A stretch of 64,000 nucleotides of DNA. Origin: a virus. Within the stretch, counting starts at the first letter, position 1. Every line of letters begins with the position of its first letter. The position numbers were made by a program, and so were the translations under genes. Shown piece after piece: positions 20,983 through 30,818 of this stretch. Under the pieces are notes generated by a model. The model searched no databases. It saw nothing but the letters and a program-made list of their open reading frames with translations, and had not been told where the DNA came from. The stretch is from the IMG/VR virus record IMGVR_UViG_3300044630_004371, positions 1 through 64,000 of that record. One strand, written 5' to 3'.

Positions 20983-21708
20983 ATGATTAAACGAGGACGC
21001 AAAAGAACTAACGAAATGTATTTTGGTCCAGACGAAGAAGAAGCCGTTGTTAAATTTTTAGAGTCAACAGACGAAATAGAAAGGAATCAAATTTTTAACG
21101 AGTGGTTAAAAGCACCACTTGATAAAATGATTGAATCGATTATTAGAAGGTATAAATTATATAGAAAGGGCGAAACGTTTGATGGACTTCATAGTGACAC
21201 CGTATCTTTCTTAATGACAAAAGTACATAAGTTTGAGATAGGACGAGGAAAAAAAGCTTATTCTTATTTTGGTACCATAAGTAAAAACTATATTTTAGGG
21301 TTACTTATTAAAGATGAGAAATACATGAGGCAAACATCTTCTTATGAGGATGTTTCAGAAGATTTAGAAGAAAGAAGTGATTTAACTTATATAATGGATG
21401 AGGATTCTTTTTCAATGGATAGTTTCATTAAAAAAGTTACTGATGGTATCAAAGAAGAATTAAACGATGAAAACCAACTACCGAAAAAAAAATTAAGTGA
21501 TAATGAGAAGAAAGTAGGGTACGCCTTAATAGAAATTCTTGAAAACTGGGAGACAGCCTTTGAATCAATGAATGGTGGTTCCAAGTATAATAAAAATTCC
21601 GTGTTAGAAACCATGAGAAACTATACCAATTTGTCAACCAAAGATATTCGATTGGCTATGAAACGATACAAGGGACTTTATGACCTATTAAAAAATCATG
21701 GTTTATAG
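20983..21708 (+). CDS. Phage sigma factor, T4 gp55-like (putative late sigma)
   Basis: KF...RGKKAYSYFGTISKNY resembles sigma region 2 of gp55-like proteins; sits just upstream of structural genes. Confidence 0.6.
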   Translation: MIKRGRKRTNEMYFGPDEEEAVVKFLESTDEIERNQIFNEWLKAPLDKMIESIIRRYKLYRKGETFDGLHSDTVSFLMTKVHKFEIGRGKKAYSYFGTISKNYILGLLIKDEKYMRQTSSYEDVSEDLEERSDLTYIMDEDSFSMDSFIKKVTDGIKEELNDENQLPKKKLSDNEKKVGYALIEILENWETAFESMNGGSKYNKNSVLETMRNYTNLSTKDIRLAMKRYKGLYDLLKNHGL

Positions 21709-21757
21709 AAAACCGCAATAAAACTAGTTTTCAAGGTATTTATAGTAAAACAAATTT

Positions 21758-22144
21758 ATGCCAAGAAAGAAAAAACAAGACGTAAAAGTAAACGATACAG
21801 AGTCATTAGAGGGTCTTATGCAAGAAACCTATAACGATGCTTGTTTACAAATTAATGATGCTCAAAAGACCATAAATGAATTATCTGCAAGTGCCACCCC
21901 AACCGATGTGGATGACTTAACAAAGATTGTCAAAGAAAAAGCTGGTCTTTTGAAAGTTAAGGATTCTGCTATTAGGGTTAAATTAGAATTGGCCAAACTA
22001 CAAAGTGATATCATTAAAAGTCGTGGTGATGTTGATACAGCTATTTCTAATAGGAGTAACGGAACAGCATCACTTAGTGATTTTAAATCAATTAGAGAAA
22101 TGCTTAGAAAGGATAAAACTGATAACGAAACCAACACCGATTAA
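21758..22144 (+). CDS. Hypothetical coiled-coil protein
   Basis: ORF preceded by GTATTTATA motif at 21736. Confidence 0.65.
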   Translation: MPRKKKQDVKVNDTESLEGLMQETYNDACLQINDAQKTINELSASATPTDVDDLTKIVKEKAGLLKVKDSAIRVKLELAKLQSDIIKSRGDVDTAISNRSNGTASLSDFKSIREMLRKDKTDNETNTD

Positions 22145-22146
22145 TC

Positions 22147-23568
22147 ATGGCTATAATTGATAAGAAAAAAAAGGTATTTGGAAAAATAGCGGCTGCTAAA
22201 ACTTTAACACAAGGGTTACCAAAATTAAAGCTTAGCTCATCATTACCATCAATTAATAATGGTGGTGATTCTATCACTTTTCTTACCGACCTTATTAAAT
22301 CTTTAGTTGGTTATCAAGCCTTGGTTAGTGCCGTTGTTGATACGTTGACTAAATCAATACCAAAAATTGAACGTCAAATAAAAAAAGTCTTAAAAGTAGA
22401 GCTTAAAACAATCGTAAGTTGTGGTGTTGACCCACACTTACCAACATGGATACAATCTACTGGTAGCGGTATAGTAATTGAAGTTCATAAGATTGATTTT
22501 ATGGATGTTTTAAGAACAGACCCAAATTCTGTTGGTGGTAAATTACTTTATAATGATGTTACAACCCCACTAACAAACAGCTCAGATTTTAACACTTTCT
22601 TATACGGCGTGATTCAAGATGATGGTAGCACATATACATGGCGTAACATATTTGATATCACATTTAATTCTTTGGGTACTGGTGGCAACCCAAATAATAC
22701 ACTTACAATCAAGGCACACTCAACTTACAACAGTAAAACCCTTACTGACCTTAACAATGATTTTATAGATAGTTTAACATTATTAAACACCGAAAATATT
22801 GTTAACAAAATAATGGATATTATTTACGGTTCTGTTTCTTCAATAATTGGTAAATCTTTAAAACAATTGGAGAGTGAAGCCAAGATAAATAACATTGTTG
22901 ATAAAATGGTTAATAACGTAAATAAAAACCCTATTGGTGATTCTGCGTTTTCATTTACCAAAGAAGAAACTTATGCAAATCAAATAGAAGCTTTGAATAG
23001 AAAAAAAGGTTCTATTACGGTTGACGTTGCTAATAAAGTTCCATCAAGTGTGCCAATTGATAGCCTAACCAATTTTAATACTGATATGTCGTTTGCAACT
23101 ACATTGCTAGAAAAGAAAGATGCCTTAACCAGTAACTTGAATAAAATGGCTAATTTAAGTGCTTTAAATATACCTAGCAAAATTGATATACCCACTGTAA
23201 AATTGGGTTTTATACAACAGATTATTAGCAGTATGATAAAATCTATTGTAAATATTTTTTTATCACCAAAGATTATTTTTTCTTTTGTTATAAACTATAA
23301 AATAGTTTATGGTCCAACATCTACATTTACTGATGCAATAGATTTTATCAAAAAAAATAAAAATCTAATGAATTCAATTATGAAAGCTATCGCTGAAGAA
23401 TTGATTAAAATTTTATTGACAATAGCTTTAAAAGAAATATCTTCTTTGGTATCCGAAGCAATTGCAAAAAGACAAAAAGAAAAAGCCGTCAACAAATTGG
23501 CACAATTACAAAGTCTTGCTGGTATACCAATAGACACAATAAAGAAAATTTTAGAAAATTTAATATAA
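22147..23568 (+). CDS. Putative virion (tail/baseplate-associated) protein
   Basis: Long ORF in late operon upstream of gp5-like gene; function inferred from context only. Confidence 0.5.
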   Translation: MAIIDKKKKVFGKIAAAKTLTQGLPKLKLSSSLPSINNGGDSITFLTDLIKSLVGYQALVSAVVDTLTKSIPKIERQIKKVLKVELKTIVSCGVDPHLPTWIQSTGSGIVIEVHKIDFMDVLRTDPNSVGGKLLYNDVTTPLTNSSDFNTFLYGVIQDDGSTYTWRNIFDITFNSLGTGGNPNNTLTIKAHSTYNSKTLTDLNNDFIDSLTLLNTENIVNKIMDIIYGSVSSIIGKSLKQLESEAKINNIVDKMVNNVNKNPIGDSAFSFTKEETYANQIEALNRKKGSITVDVANKVPSSVPIDSLTNFNTDMSFATTLLEKKDALTSNLNKMANLSALNIPSKIDIPTVKLGFIQQIISSMIKSIVNIFLSPKIIFSFVINYKIVYGPTSTFTDAIDFIKKNKNLMNSIMKAIAEELIKILLTIALKEISSLVSEAIAKRQKEKAVNKLAQLQSLAGIPIDTIKKILENLI

Positions 23569-23999
23569 TGTCAGATTCAAAACCAATCCCAATTTCTGGG
23601 TTTAATTTATCGTCAATAAATGGTGTTTTAAATATAATTTTAAGTGCCTTTTCAATACCACAAATACCAGTTGAACCATTGCCACCACCGTTGATTATGA
23701 TTGGTGCTAAATTACGTCCTGGTATTTCAGCACAAAGCATCGCTGCTGAAATTATTAGCAAACAATCCAATTCTGGTAGAGTTGTTGGTGATGTTTTCGC
23801 CGATGGTCCAAACTCGGAAGAGGCTATGGAAGTGATAAGAATTCAAGGAATTATTGATGCAATATTAAACGAAGCCAGAGTTGATGTTGTTATTCAACCT
23901 GGTATTGCTGTATCAACCGTTGGTGCTTCACCACTTGGACCAGTTGTATCACAAGGTGCTACAACGGCTATGGGTATTGGTGATGGTATAATAAGATAA
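23568..23999 (+). CDS. Putative baseplate-associated protein
   Basis: Pro-rich N-terminus, beta/Gly-rich C-terminus; context. Confidence 0.45.
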   Translation: MSDSKPIPISGFNLSSINGVLNIILSAFSIPQIPVEPLPPPLIMIGAKLRPGISAQSIAAEIISKQSNSGRVVGDVFADGPNSEEAMEVIRIQGIIDAILNEARVDVVIQPGIAVSTVGASPLGPVVSQGATTAMGIGDGIIR

Positions 24000-24013
24000 T
24001 AAAAACACAAATC

Positions 24014-24193
24014 ATGGAAGATTTAGAAAACAAATCAAATAATGAAATTCTTTTTGAGATTAAACAAATGGAAGCCGATTATGAAGCATTGAAATTAAAA
24101 ATGCTTAAAGATTATGATAAGATGGAAGAATTACAAATAAAATATGAAAGAGCACATAAAATAATATTTAAAAGGGTAAACAGTGGGCACTAA
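24014..24193 (+). CDS. Small coiled-coil protein (59 aa, not in ORF track)
   Basis: MEDLENKSNNEILFEIKQMEADYEALK...VNSGH*; fills the gap and overlaps the next start. Confidence 0.65.
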   Translation: MEDLENKSNNEILFEIKQMEADYEALKLKMLKDYDKMEELQIKYERAHKIIFKRVNSGH

Positions 24194-25178
24194 TAAAGCA
24201 GAAAGAAACGAAGAAAGTTTATATGACAAAATAAACATAACACCAAAAATAAGAATAGGTATTGTTAAAGAAATTGAACATAATTCTGGTCCTAAAAAAG
24301 ATATGGGTCTTGGTAGAATAAAAGTTCATATCAAAGGTCCAAAGTCTCAAGGTGCTGATGATGGCAAATTAGACATAGATTTACCATGGTGTTTTCCATT
24401 ATTACCTAAACATTTGTCAGTAACACCTAAAATTGGTGAGGCCGTGCTTATTTTTGTGTTTAGTGATTATCAACAACATGTAGATAGACTTTACATAGGC
24501 CCAATTATTTCACAACTACCATTACTAGATAGAGACCCATTCGAATTTTCAGCTTTGGCTGGTTTTACTTTTGCTCCAGCCTACCCAGCTAAAAATCCAA
24601 AACTAATACCAGAACTAAACGGTGTTTTTCCAGAACCACACGACATATCTATTCAAGGTAGGTACAATACTGATATAACTCAAAAAAATAATGAGATTGT
24701 TATTAGAGCTGGTAAATTTGAAACATCTAAACCTAACGATAACAATCCTTATTCTTTTAAATTCAATACCAGAACACAAAGCTATATTCAAATTAAAAAT
24801 GATGTGATTGTTGTACCCAAAACCAATAATCAAGATGAACTAAGAGGTTCAGTTACCAACATTGTGGCCAGTAAAATAAATCTTATAACACATGCTGATG
24901 GTAGCCCTAGGTTCAATATAACAAATCAAGATAATTTGATTAGTGATGATGAATTGGCGAATATCCTAGACCAAGCTCATCAATTGCCATTTGGTGATGT
25001 TTTATTGCAGTATTTGATTCTTATGAAAGAAGCTTTGTTTAACCACGTACATAATGGAAGTGGAAACTTTCCAACTGATTTGACCTCAGATGGAAACAAA
25101 CAATCTATAGCAATATTCAAAACCAAAGCTGACGATTTGGAAAAATCTATGCTTTCAAAAAACATTCGTATCAATTAG
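24183..25178 (+). CDS. Baseplate hub/spike protein, gp5 OB-fold-like
   Basis: GRIKVHI...LPWCFPLLP...PKIGEAVLIF N-terminal OB-fold pattern; C-terminal HVH metal-binding spike motif. Confidence 0.7.
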   Translation: MGTNKAERNEESLYDKINITPKIRIGIVKEIEHNSGPKKDMGLGRIKVHIKGPKSQGADDGKLDIDLPWCFPLLPKHLSVTPKIGEAVLIFVFSDYQQHVDRLYIGPIISQLPLLDRDPFEFSALAGFTFAPAYPAKNPKLIPELNGVFPEPHDISIQGRYNTDITQKNNEIVIRAGKFETSKPNDNNPYSFKFNTRTQSYIQIKNDVIVVPKTNNQDELRGSVTNIVASKINLITHADGSPRFNITNQDNLISDDELANILDQAHQLPFGDVLLQYLILMKEALFNHVHNGSGNFPTDLTSDGNKQSIAIFKTKADDLEKSMLSKNIRIN

Positions 25179-25213
25179 TAGGCTGCTATATATTTATAGT
25201 AAAACAAATAACC

Positions 25214-26620
25214 ATGGTAATTAGAACCTTTTTTGATAAAAATAATACAATCGTTAGTAACCTAGACGTAAATACTGGTTTAAACCCAGTATCTGAACTA
25301 TTTTATGGTGGTGCTATTGGTGAACAAAAATATAGTCGTTTATTATTTCATTTTGATGAAACAAGACTTAAAGACTTATATACAGGCGGTACTTTTACCG
25401 ATTTAACCAAATTAAAACATACTCTTAGACTTACAAATACAGCTTCTTTTGATACAGCTTATTTGAATGGTACCATGGGTGGAAAAGATAGAGCAAGTTC
25501 TTTTGATTTGATAGCCTTTAAAATAAACCAATCGTGGGATAATGGTGTTGGTTATGATTATGAAATACCAATTTTAATGTTTGGTGAAGGAGCTTTTTCC
25601 AATGGTGCGTCAAATTGGGTTGAAGCTCAAACAGGTGTTGCATGGGCCAACGGCACTGGCGTTTATTCTGGAAGTCCTTCTGGTATAACGGTTAGTACGC
25701 AACACTTTGACAAGGGTAATGAAAACCTAGAAATGGATATTACTAATTATGTAAATGGTTTACTAACTGGTAATACAAATTATGGGTTAGGTATTGCGTA
25801 TAATAGACCTTTTGAATTAATGAATACAACAACATTACAATATGTTGGTTTCTTTACAAACAATACACAAACCTTTTATGAACCTTACATTGAAACAATC
25901 TATGATAATCATATAAGTGACGATAGAAACAATTTCTTCTTGGATAAACCTAACGAACTATACCTATATGTAAACCTAGCTGGTAACCCAACCAATTTAG
26001 ATACCCTCCCAAGTGTTTATATATATGATAATAACGGAACAGTAGTTCAAACATTCATACCTTCACAAGTTAATCATGTAACGCTAGGTGTTTACTCAAT
26101 TGATATAACGGTAGCAACTACATCATCAAACATTGAAACAATGTACAACGATATGTGGGCTGGTATTGTTGTAAATGGTGTATCTAGAGATGATATTAGT
26201 TTAGATTTTGTACTTAAAGATTCAATGGGTTACTACAACATAGGTAACAACGATATGCTACCTAAAAAAATTGCTGTGTCTATTGGTGGTATTCAAAATA
26301 AAGAAAGAATCAAACGTGGTGATATTCGTAAGGTTATGGTTTCTGCTAGAATACCTTATACTGTTGAACAAACTCAAGCAATTGATGGGATAAAATACAG
26401 ATTGTATGTCTCTGAAGGTGTGCGTGAGCTTACAGTTATTGATTTTCAACCAATAGAAATGGCCAACAATTATTACTATTTCTTATTGGATACAGCTAGT
26501 CTAATACCTAATACTTATTATTTGGATGTAATAGTCACTTCAAATTTAGAAGTAACAACAATAAAGAACGCTGTTCAATTTGATATTATCAGCCAAGTAG
26601 AATTAAGAAAAGGTCAATAA
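25214..26620 (+). CDS. Virion structural protein
   Basis: Beta-rich, Thr/Gly/Asn-rich 468 aa ORF behind ATATTTAT motif (25190). Confidence 0.6.
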   Translation: MVIRTFFDKNNTIVSNLDVNTGLNPVSELFYGGAIGEQKYSRLLFHFDETRLKDLYTGGTFTDLTKLKHTLRLTNTASFDTAYLNGTMGGKDRASSFDLIAFKINQSWDNGVGYDYEIPILMFGEGAFSNGASNWVEAQTGVAWANGTGVYSGSPSGITVSTQHFDKGNENLEMDITNYVNGLLTGNTNYGLGIAYNRPFELMNTTTLQYVGFFTNNTQTFYEPYIETIYDNHISDDRNNFFLDKPNELYLYVNLAGNPTNLDTLPSVYIYDNNGTVVQTFIPSQVNHVTLGVYSIDITVATTSSNIETMYNDMWAGIVVNGVSRDDISLDFVLKDSMGYYNIGNNDMLPKKIAVSIGGIQNKERIKRGDIRKVMVSARIPYTVEQTQAIDGIKYRLYVSEGVRELTVIDFQPIEMANNYYYFLLDTASLIPNTYYLDVIVTSNLEVTTIKNAVQFDIISQVELRKGQ

Positions 26621-26621
26621 T

Positions 26622-27323
26622 ATGAAAAACTTTATAAAAAAATTACTACGTGAAGTAATAAACGCCAGCGAAGCACAACGAGATGAAGATGCTTTAAAAA
26701 CTGTTATAGACGGAAAGAGAGATTTGGGGTTCATAACCTTAAAAGCCGCAACAATCCCAGAAAAAACATTTTGGGATGAAATTAAAAAACATGGTTTAGG
26801 AACTATAAGTCTTCCATTGAATCGTTATAACGCTTTCATTTATTTTAGAAAAGGTGCTGAATTAAAAGCCCTTGAATTATCTAATATTGCAAATAAATAT
26901 GGTGGTTATCTATCATATGAAGCAACCAGAGATGAGACAATAAGAATTGGGCAATTGCTAGGTTATAAAGAATCAGATATATCTGATTATATAAATAAAA
27001 AATACCCAGTAAATGAACAAATGATTGATGGTCAAGACATGAATCAAGGGACCCAAACCCTGTGTAATAAAATGACCATAAACAGCTATCAAGAAGCCGC
27101 ATTCTACGTCAAGAAGGCTCTAGAAGGTATGGATAAAACAACCAAAAATAGAATCATGCAAAAGATTCATGTGCCTTTGGAGAACCTTAGACAAGAACAA
27201 AATACAATCAATTCAGAAATCAAAAATAATGGTATGTCTGGAGATTCAATACCAGACGAAGCTGATACATATTGGCATCAAATTCAATCAACCATTTGTG
27301 AAATGGGTTCAGATTTTGAATAA
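26622..27323 (+). CDS. Putative internal head protein with IKKLLRE leader
   Basis: MKNFIKKLLREVINASE leader; second module after PVNE. Confidence 0.55.
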   Translation: MKNFIKKLLREVINASEAQRDEDALKTVIDGKRDLGFITLKAATIPEKTFWDEIKKHGLGTISLPLNRYNAFIYFRKGAELKALELSNIANKYGGYLSYEATRDETIRIGQLLGYKESDISDYINKKYPVNEQMIDGQDMNQGTQTLCNKMTINSYQEAAFYVKKALEGMDKTTKNRIMQKIHVPLENLRQEQNTINSEIKNNGMSGDSIPDEADTYWHQIQSTICEMGSDFE

Positions 27324-27376
27324 AATCACTTGACAATTTTATAAGTTTTAGTATATTTATTATTGCGTTGACTAAT

Positions 27377-27435
27377 GTATTGGTCCCGACTGGTAAAACA
27401 GTTTAGAGTTGTTTCGGCAACAAAGGTATCGGTAC
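27377..27435 (+). ncRNA. Candidate structured 5'-leader RNA (three-way junction)
   Basis: P1 GUAUUGGU/AUCGGUAC, P2 GACUG-GUAAAA-CAGUU, P3 GUUGU-UUCG-GCAAC; GC-richer than flanks; lies between promoter and ATG 27464. Confidence 0.5.
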
Positions 27436-27463
27436 AAATAACAAAAATTAAAAGTTAATAAAA

Positions 27464-28372
27464 ATGAAACAAAACATCTGTGCACCAAGTGTGCCCACAG
27501 CAAACCTTGCTGTCAACAAATCTAGAGTAAAGCTCTATTCAAAGGGTCTGGATATGCCGACCTATTATCTCCAAAAAGGACAAGAGTTCCAATTTGAATT
27601 ATTTAACCCAACATCAGACGTAGTACTGGCCAAGATTCAGTTAAATAGAAAGGTTATTTCCCAAGGAGGGTTAATAATAAATCCAGGTCAACGTTTATTC
27701 CTTGACCGTTATTTGGATGTTGCTCAAAAATTCTTATTTGATACCTATGAAGTGGGTGAAACCGATGAGGTTAAAAAAGCCATTGAAAACAATGGTGATA
27801 TCAAAGTTGAATTTTATAAAGAACGTCAAGAAAACCCACCGATTAGAATAACACCAAATTGGACTTATAGAACTAATATTTATTACAGCAATACAAGTAT
27901 TGGTGGTTCTAATTTTACAGGTACTGACCCTCAGTTTTTACGTAATGGTACAATGTCCACAAATAGTTTGACCAATGGTTCCGTAACAACTACAAACGTA
28001 TCTACTGGTAATGCTAGTTTTACACCATCAGTGTCTTCTAATCTATTCAACCTTTCTAATTCTAAGACAACGTTTGATTCTTTTATTGATGATTTTAATG
28101 CTATTAAGGACGTTAAAAGAACTCTAGCCAGAAACAAAAAATCAATAGAAACAGGAAGAGTTGAAAAAGGTTCACATTCTGAGCAAGAGTTCACCTATGT
28201 AAACAAATCATTTGAATATTCACCATTCCATATAGTAGAGTATAAACTCTTACCAGTTTCTCAAAAGGTTAATACCGTAGATGATATCAATGTAAAAAGA
28301 TACTGTACCAACTGTGGTTCAAAATTTGGCAAGACCGATAAATTCTGTGCGAATTGTGGTCAAAAAGCCTAA
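27464..28372 (+). CDS. Zinc-ribbon domain-containing protein
   Basis: C-terminal CTNCG...FCANCG; Ser/Thr/Asn-rich central linker. Confidence 0.75.
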   Translation: MKQNICAPSVPTANLAVNKSRVKLYSKGLDMPTYYLQKGQEFQFELFNPTSDVVLAKIQLNRKVISQGGLIINPGQRLFLDRYLDVAQKFLFDTYEVGETDEVKKAIENNGDIKVEFYKERQENPPIRITPNWTYRTNIYYSNTSIGGSNFTGTDPQFLRNGTMSTNSLTNGSVTTTNVSTGNASFTPSVSSNLFNLSNSKTTFDSFIDDFNAIKDVKRTLARNKKSIETGRVEKGSHSEQEFTYVNKSFEYSPFHIVEYKLLPVSQKVNTVDDINVKRYCTNCGSKFGKTDKFCANCGQKA

Positions 28373-28395
28373 TCAAAAATAATAGTTAACGCAAT

Positions 28396-28426
28396 AAAAA
28401 AGGGGTTTTTAACCCCCTTTTTTTTT
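28396..28426. terminator. Bidirectional intrinsic terminator at convergent strand switch
   Basis: AAAAAAGGGG-TTTTTAAC-CCCCTTTTTT with A/T tails on both sides. Confidence 0.8.
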
Positions 28427-29183
28427 ATCTCATATTTTTACCTAATAACCCTTCTCTATTCATTCTAATTTTTAAATCTCTTATCCATCTTTCTTTAAAA
28501 TTACTTGGTAAACTATTATTTACAGTGTTTAAGGCTGGTGATATATTTAATATATCGTCAAATGTCAAGACATTCCAATTATTTTTATATTTATTGTATA
28601 ATTGTTTAATATTATGAATTTGTCCTTGTATTTCCATTTTTGTTGCGTTAACTGGAATTCCACCTATATCTCTTGTTTGTAATTCCACCTGTTTATTGAT
28701 TCTTTTTTCTATGTGTCTATTATGAAACACATCATCAATCCAATGTGTTAATTCATGATGAATAGAACCTTTAATTTTTTCTTCGGTAAATTCTATTTTA
28801 AATATCTTTTTTTGTTTGTAATCACTTAAATCATTAACAGCTTTAACAAAATCACCACCATTCGATAACACATGAGCTAAAGCATTTTTATGTATACCAA
28901 TACTTATTAATGATTTTTTTGGGTCGTAAAAATTACTACCCATATTAACCAAAATAGTACATGGTTTTAATTGATTAGCAATGATACATTCCCCATCTTT
29001 AAAAATCCTCGTTGTTGTTTGATTTTCTTTAAACATATTTCTAGTTACAATATTGGTTCTTTCAATCTCATCAATATCATTTTTAAAATAAAGATTGTAT
29101 AATAAATTAACATCTGATTCTATATTTGTTAATCTCTCAATTAACAAATTTTCTCTTAAAAGTTTTTTAATTAAATTTTTCAT
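28425..29183 (-). CDS. Putative internal head protein with HExxH (zincin-like) motif
   Basis: MKNLIKKLLRENLLIE leader; IHHELTHWID and downstream EIQG. Confidence 0.55.
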   Translation of the reverse strand: MKNLIKKLLRENLLIERLTNIESDVNLLYNLYFKNDIDEIERTNIVTRNMFKENQTTTRIFKDGECIIANQLKPCTILVNMGSNFYDPKKSLISIGIHKNALAHVLSNGGDFVKAVNDLSDYKQKKIFKIEFTEEKIKGSIHHELTHWIDDVFHNRHIEKRINKQVELQTRDIGGIPVNATKMEIQGQIHNIKQLYNKYKNNWNVLTFDDILNISPALNTVNNSLPSNFKERWIRDLKIRMNREGLLGKNMR

Positions 29184-29297
29184 ATCAACTATAAATATTT
29201 GTAATTTACAATAAGTTTTGGTATCTTTATAAAAATTAACCTATTATGACAACAAGAGAATGAATCAGCTGAATAGCTTAAAGACTTTGAGTGATTG

Positions 29298-30275
29298 TTA
29301 AGGTTGATGCAATGTTTTTATGATAGATTTTACACTATCGTCAATTGTTTTGATGGGTTCCCAACCCATTATATTTTTTGCTTTTGAACTATCTGAATAT
29401 ATTTTTTCAATATCACCATCCCTACGTGGACATATTTCATATGGTATTTCATAACCATGTCTTTTAAAAGCTTCAAGTACATCCATAACGCTATACCCAT
29501 TTCCAGAACCAATATTGATAACAGAAAATGTTTCTTTTTCAGTAACTGAAATTGATTTTACATGTGCATCGGCCAAATCATTGACATCAATATAATCCCT
29601 AATTGCCGTTCCATCATGTGTATTATAATCGTTGCCAAATATTTTTAAATTAAGATATTTACCTTCTATCACACCCGTAATGTATGGTATAAGATTCTCT
29701 GGCACACCTTTAGGTTTTTCTGATATCAATCCAGATGGATGAGCTCCAATAGGATTAAAATAACGCAATATAACCACATTTAAACCACTTTTACTAACTT
29801 CTTGTAGGATTTCCTCACAAATCTGTTTTGTGAGCCCATATGGGCTTTTAGCTGGCTTTATTGGTGTATCTTCATTTACTGGAAACTTATCTGGTTCACC
29901 ATATACAGTACATGATGATGAAAAGATAAACTTCTTTACACCCATGCTTTTTGCTGCTTGTAAAAGCTTGATTGTACTGGTAATATTATTATCAAAGTAT
30001 TTTATTGGTTCCCTAACTGATTCAGAAACTGATTTATATGCCGCAAAGTGTATGATACAATCAACATCTGTAAGCACATTCTCTATAGAAAAAACACTCA
30101 AGTCAATAAAATGACATTCTACTTCTTTACCTGTCAAGGTTTTTATGTTTTCAAGCACATCAATTGATGAGTTGGACAAATTGTCGACAATGATTGGGTT
30201 ATGACCTTCTTCGATAAGTTTTACTACGGTATGGCTACCAATATAACCAAGACCACCTGTTACTAAAATATTCAT
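29298..30275 (-). CDS. galE: UDP-glucose 4-epimerase
   Basis: ILVTGGLGYIGSH, FSSSCTVYG, PYGLTK, LRYFNPIGAH, DGTAIRDYI; start refined to 30275. Confidence 0.95.
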   Translation of the reverse strand: MNILVTGGLGYIGSHTVVKLIEEGHNPIIVDNLSNSSIDVLENIKTLTGKEVECHFIDLSVFSIENVLTDVDCIIHFAAYKSVSESVREPIKYFDNNITSTIKLLQAAKSMGVKKFIFSSSCTVYGEPDKFPVNEDTPIKPAKSPYGLTKQICEEILQEVSKSGLNVVILRYFNPIGAHPSGLISEKPKGVPENLIPYITGVIEGKYLNLKIFGNDYNTHDGTAIRDYIDVNDLADAHVKSISVTEKETFSVINIGSGNGYSVMDVLEAFKRHGYEIPYEICPRRDGDIEKIYSDSSKAKNIMGWEPIKTIDDSVKSIIKTLHQP

Positions 30276-30295
30276 AAGTATAATATACGTATAAA

Positions 30296-30330
30296 ACAAA
30301 AAAAGGCTAGAATAAATTCTAACCTTTTTA
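30296..30330 (-). terminator. Intrinsic terminator after orphan capsid 3' copy
   Basis: Minus strand AAAAAGGTTAGAAT-TT-ATTCTAGCCTTTTTTT. Confidence 0.7.
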
Positions 30331-30350
30331 AGTTTATATAAGAATATTAA

Positions 30351-30419
30351 TTATCTTAATTCTGCTACGTTGAATGTAGGTACACCATCTACTCTTACAT
30401 GCCCGTAAAACCTGTTATT
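30351..30419 (-). pseudogene. Orphan recoded copy of the last 22 codons + stop of the major capsid gene
   Basis: Translates NNRFYGHVRVDGVPTFNVAELR*, identical to 31604-31672 but with 13 nt differences in 12 codons, all synonymous. Confidence 0.9.
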
Positions 30420-30816
30420 TGGTTAGAATAATTTGATATGTTAAATCAGCAACGTACTCCAACATGGTCTTTCCGTGTTGTTTTATGAATTTAATTCTAT
30501 GTTTATTTACATTAAATGATTCTAATTTTGGTATTTCATTTACTTCACCCATAACATATTTATGAGCCATTGGATAATTTATAGCAAAAACCTTAAAACC
30601 CACCGAATTCACCAGCTCAACATCTCTTTTATTACCACCCCATAATTCAAGCTCATTAATATATTTATCTAAATCTTCTCGTAGGATACACCAACATTGA
30701 ATGCCATCATAAGGTAATTTTCTAATGGTACCACGATTATCAAAATTCTTTGTTCGTACAAAAATGATGTCATTATTAAGGTTTTCTCTTAATATTTTTT
30801 TTATCAACAACTTCAT
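30415..30816 (-). CDS. Hypothetical protein with IKKILRE leader (cassette passenger)
   Basis: MKLLIKKILRENLNN; ATATTTAT motif at 30821-30828 immediately upstream. Confidence 0.65.
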   Translation of the reverse strand: MKLLIKKILRENLNNDIIFVRTKNFDNRGTIRKLPYDGIQCWCILREDLDKYINELELWGGNKRDVELVNSVGFKVFAINYPMAHKYVMGEVNEIPKLESFNVNKHRIKFIKQHGKTMLEYVADLTYQIILTK

Positions 30817-30818
30817 AT

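Larger units (their letters stand above)
27360..28397. repeat. 15-bp inverted repeat flanking the 27464..28372 gene
   Basis: TTATTGCGTTGACTA (27360-27374) vs TAGTTAACGCAATAA (28383-28397); 14/15 Watson-Crick plus one G.U on the + strand RNA. Confidence 0.7.

Noticed and set aside
27360-28397. Retron (a1/a2 repeats), IS element or hammerhead ribozyme
   Set aside because: The enclosed ORF has no RT or transposase motifs, no target duplication was seen, and the leader lacks the CUGANGA/GAAA hammerhead core.
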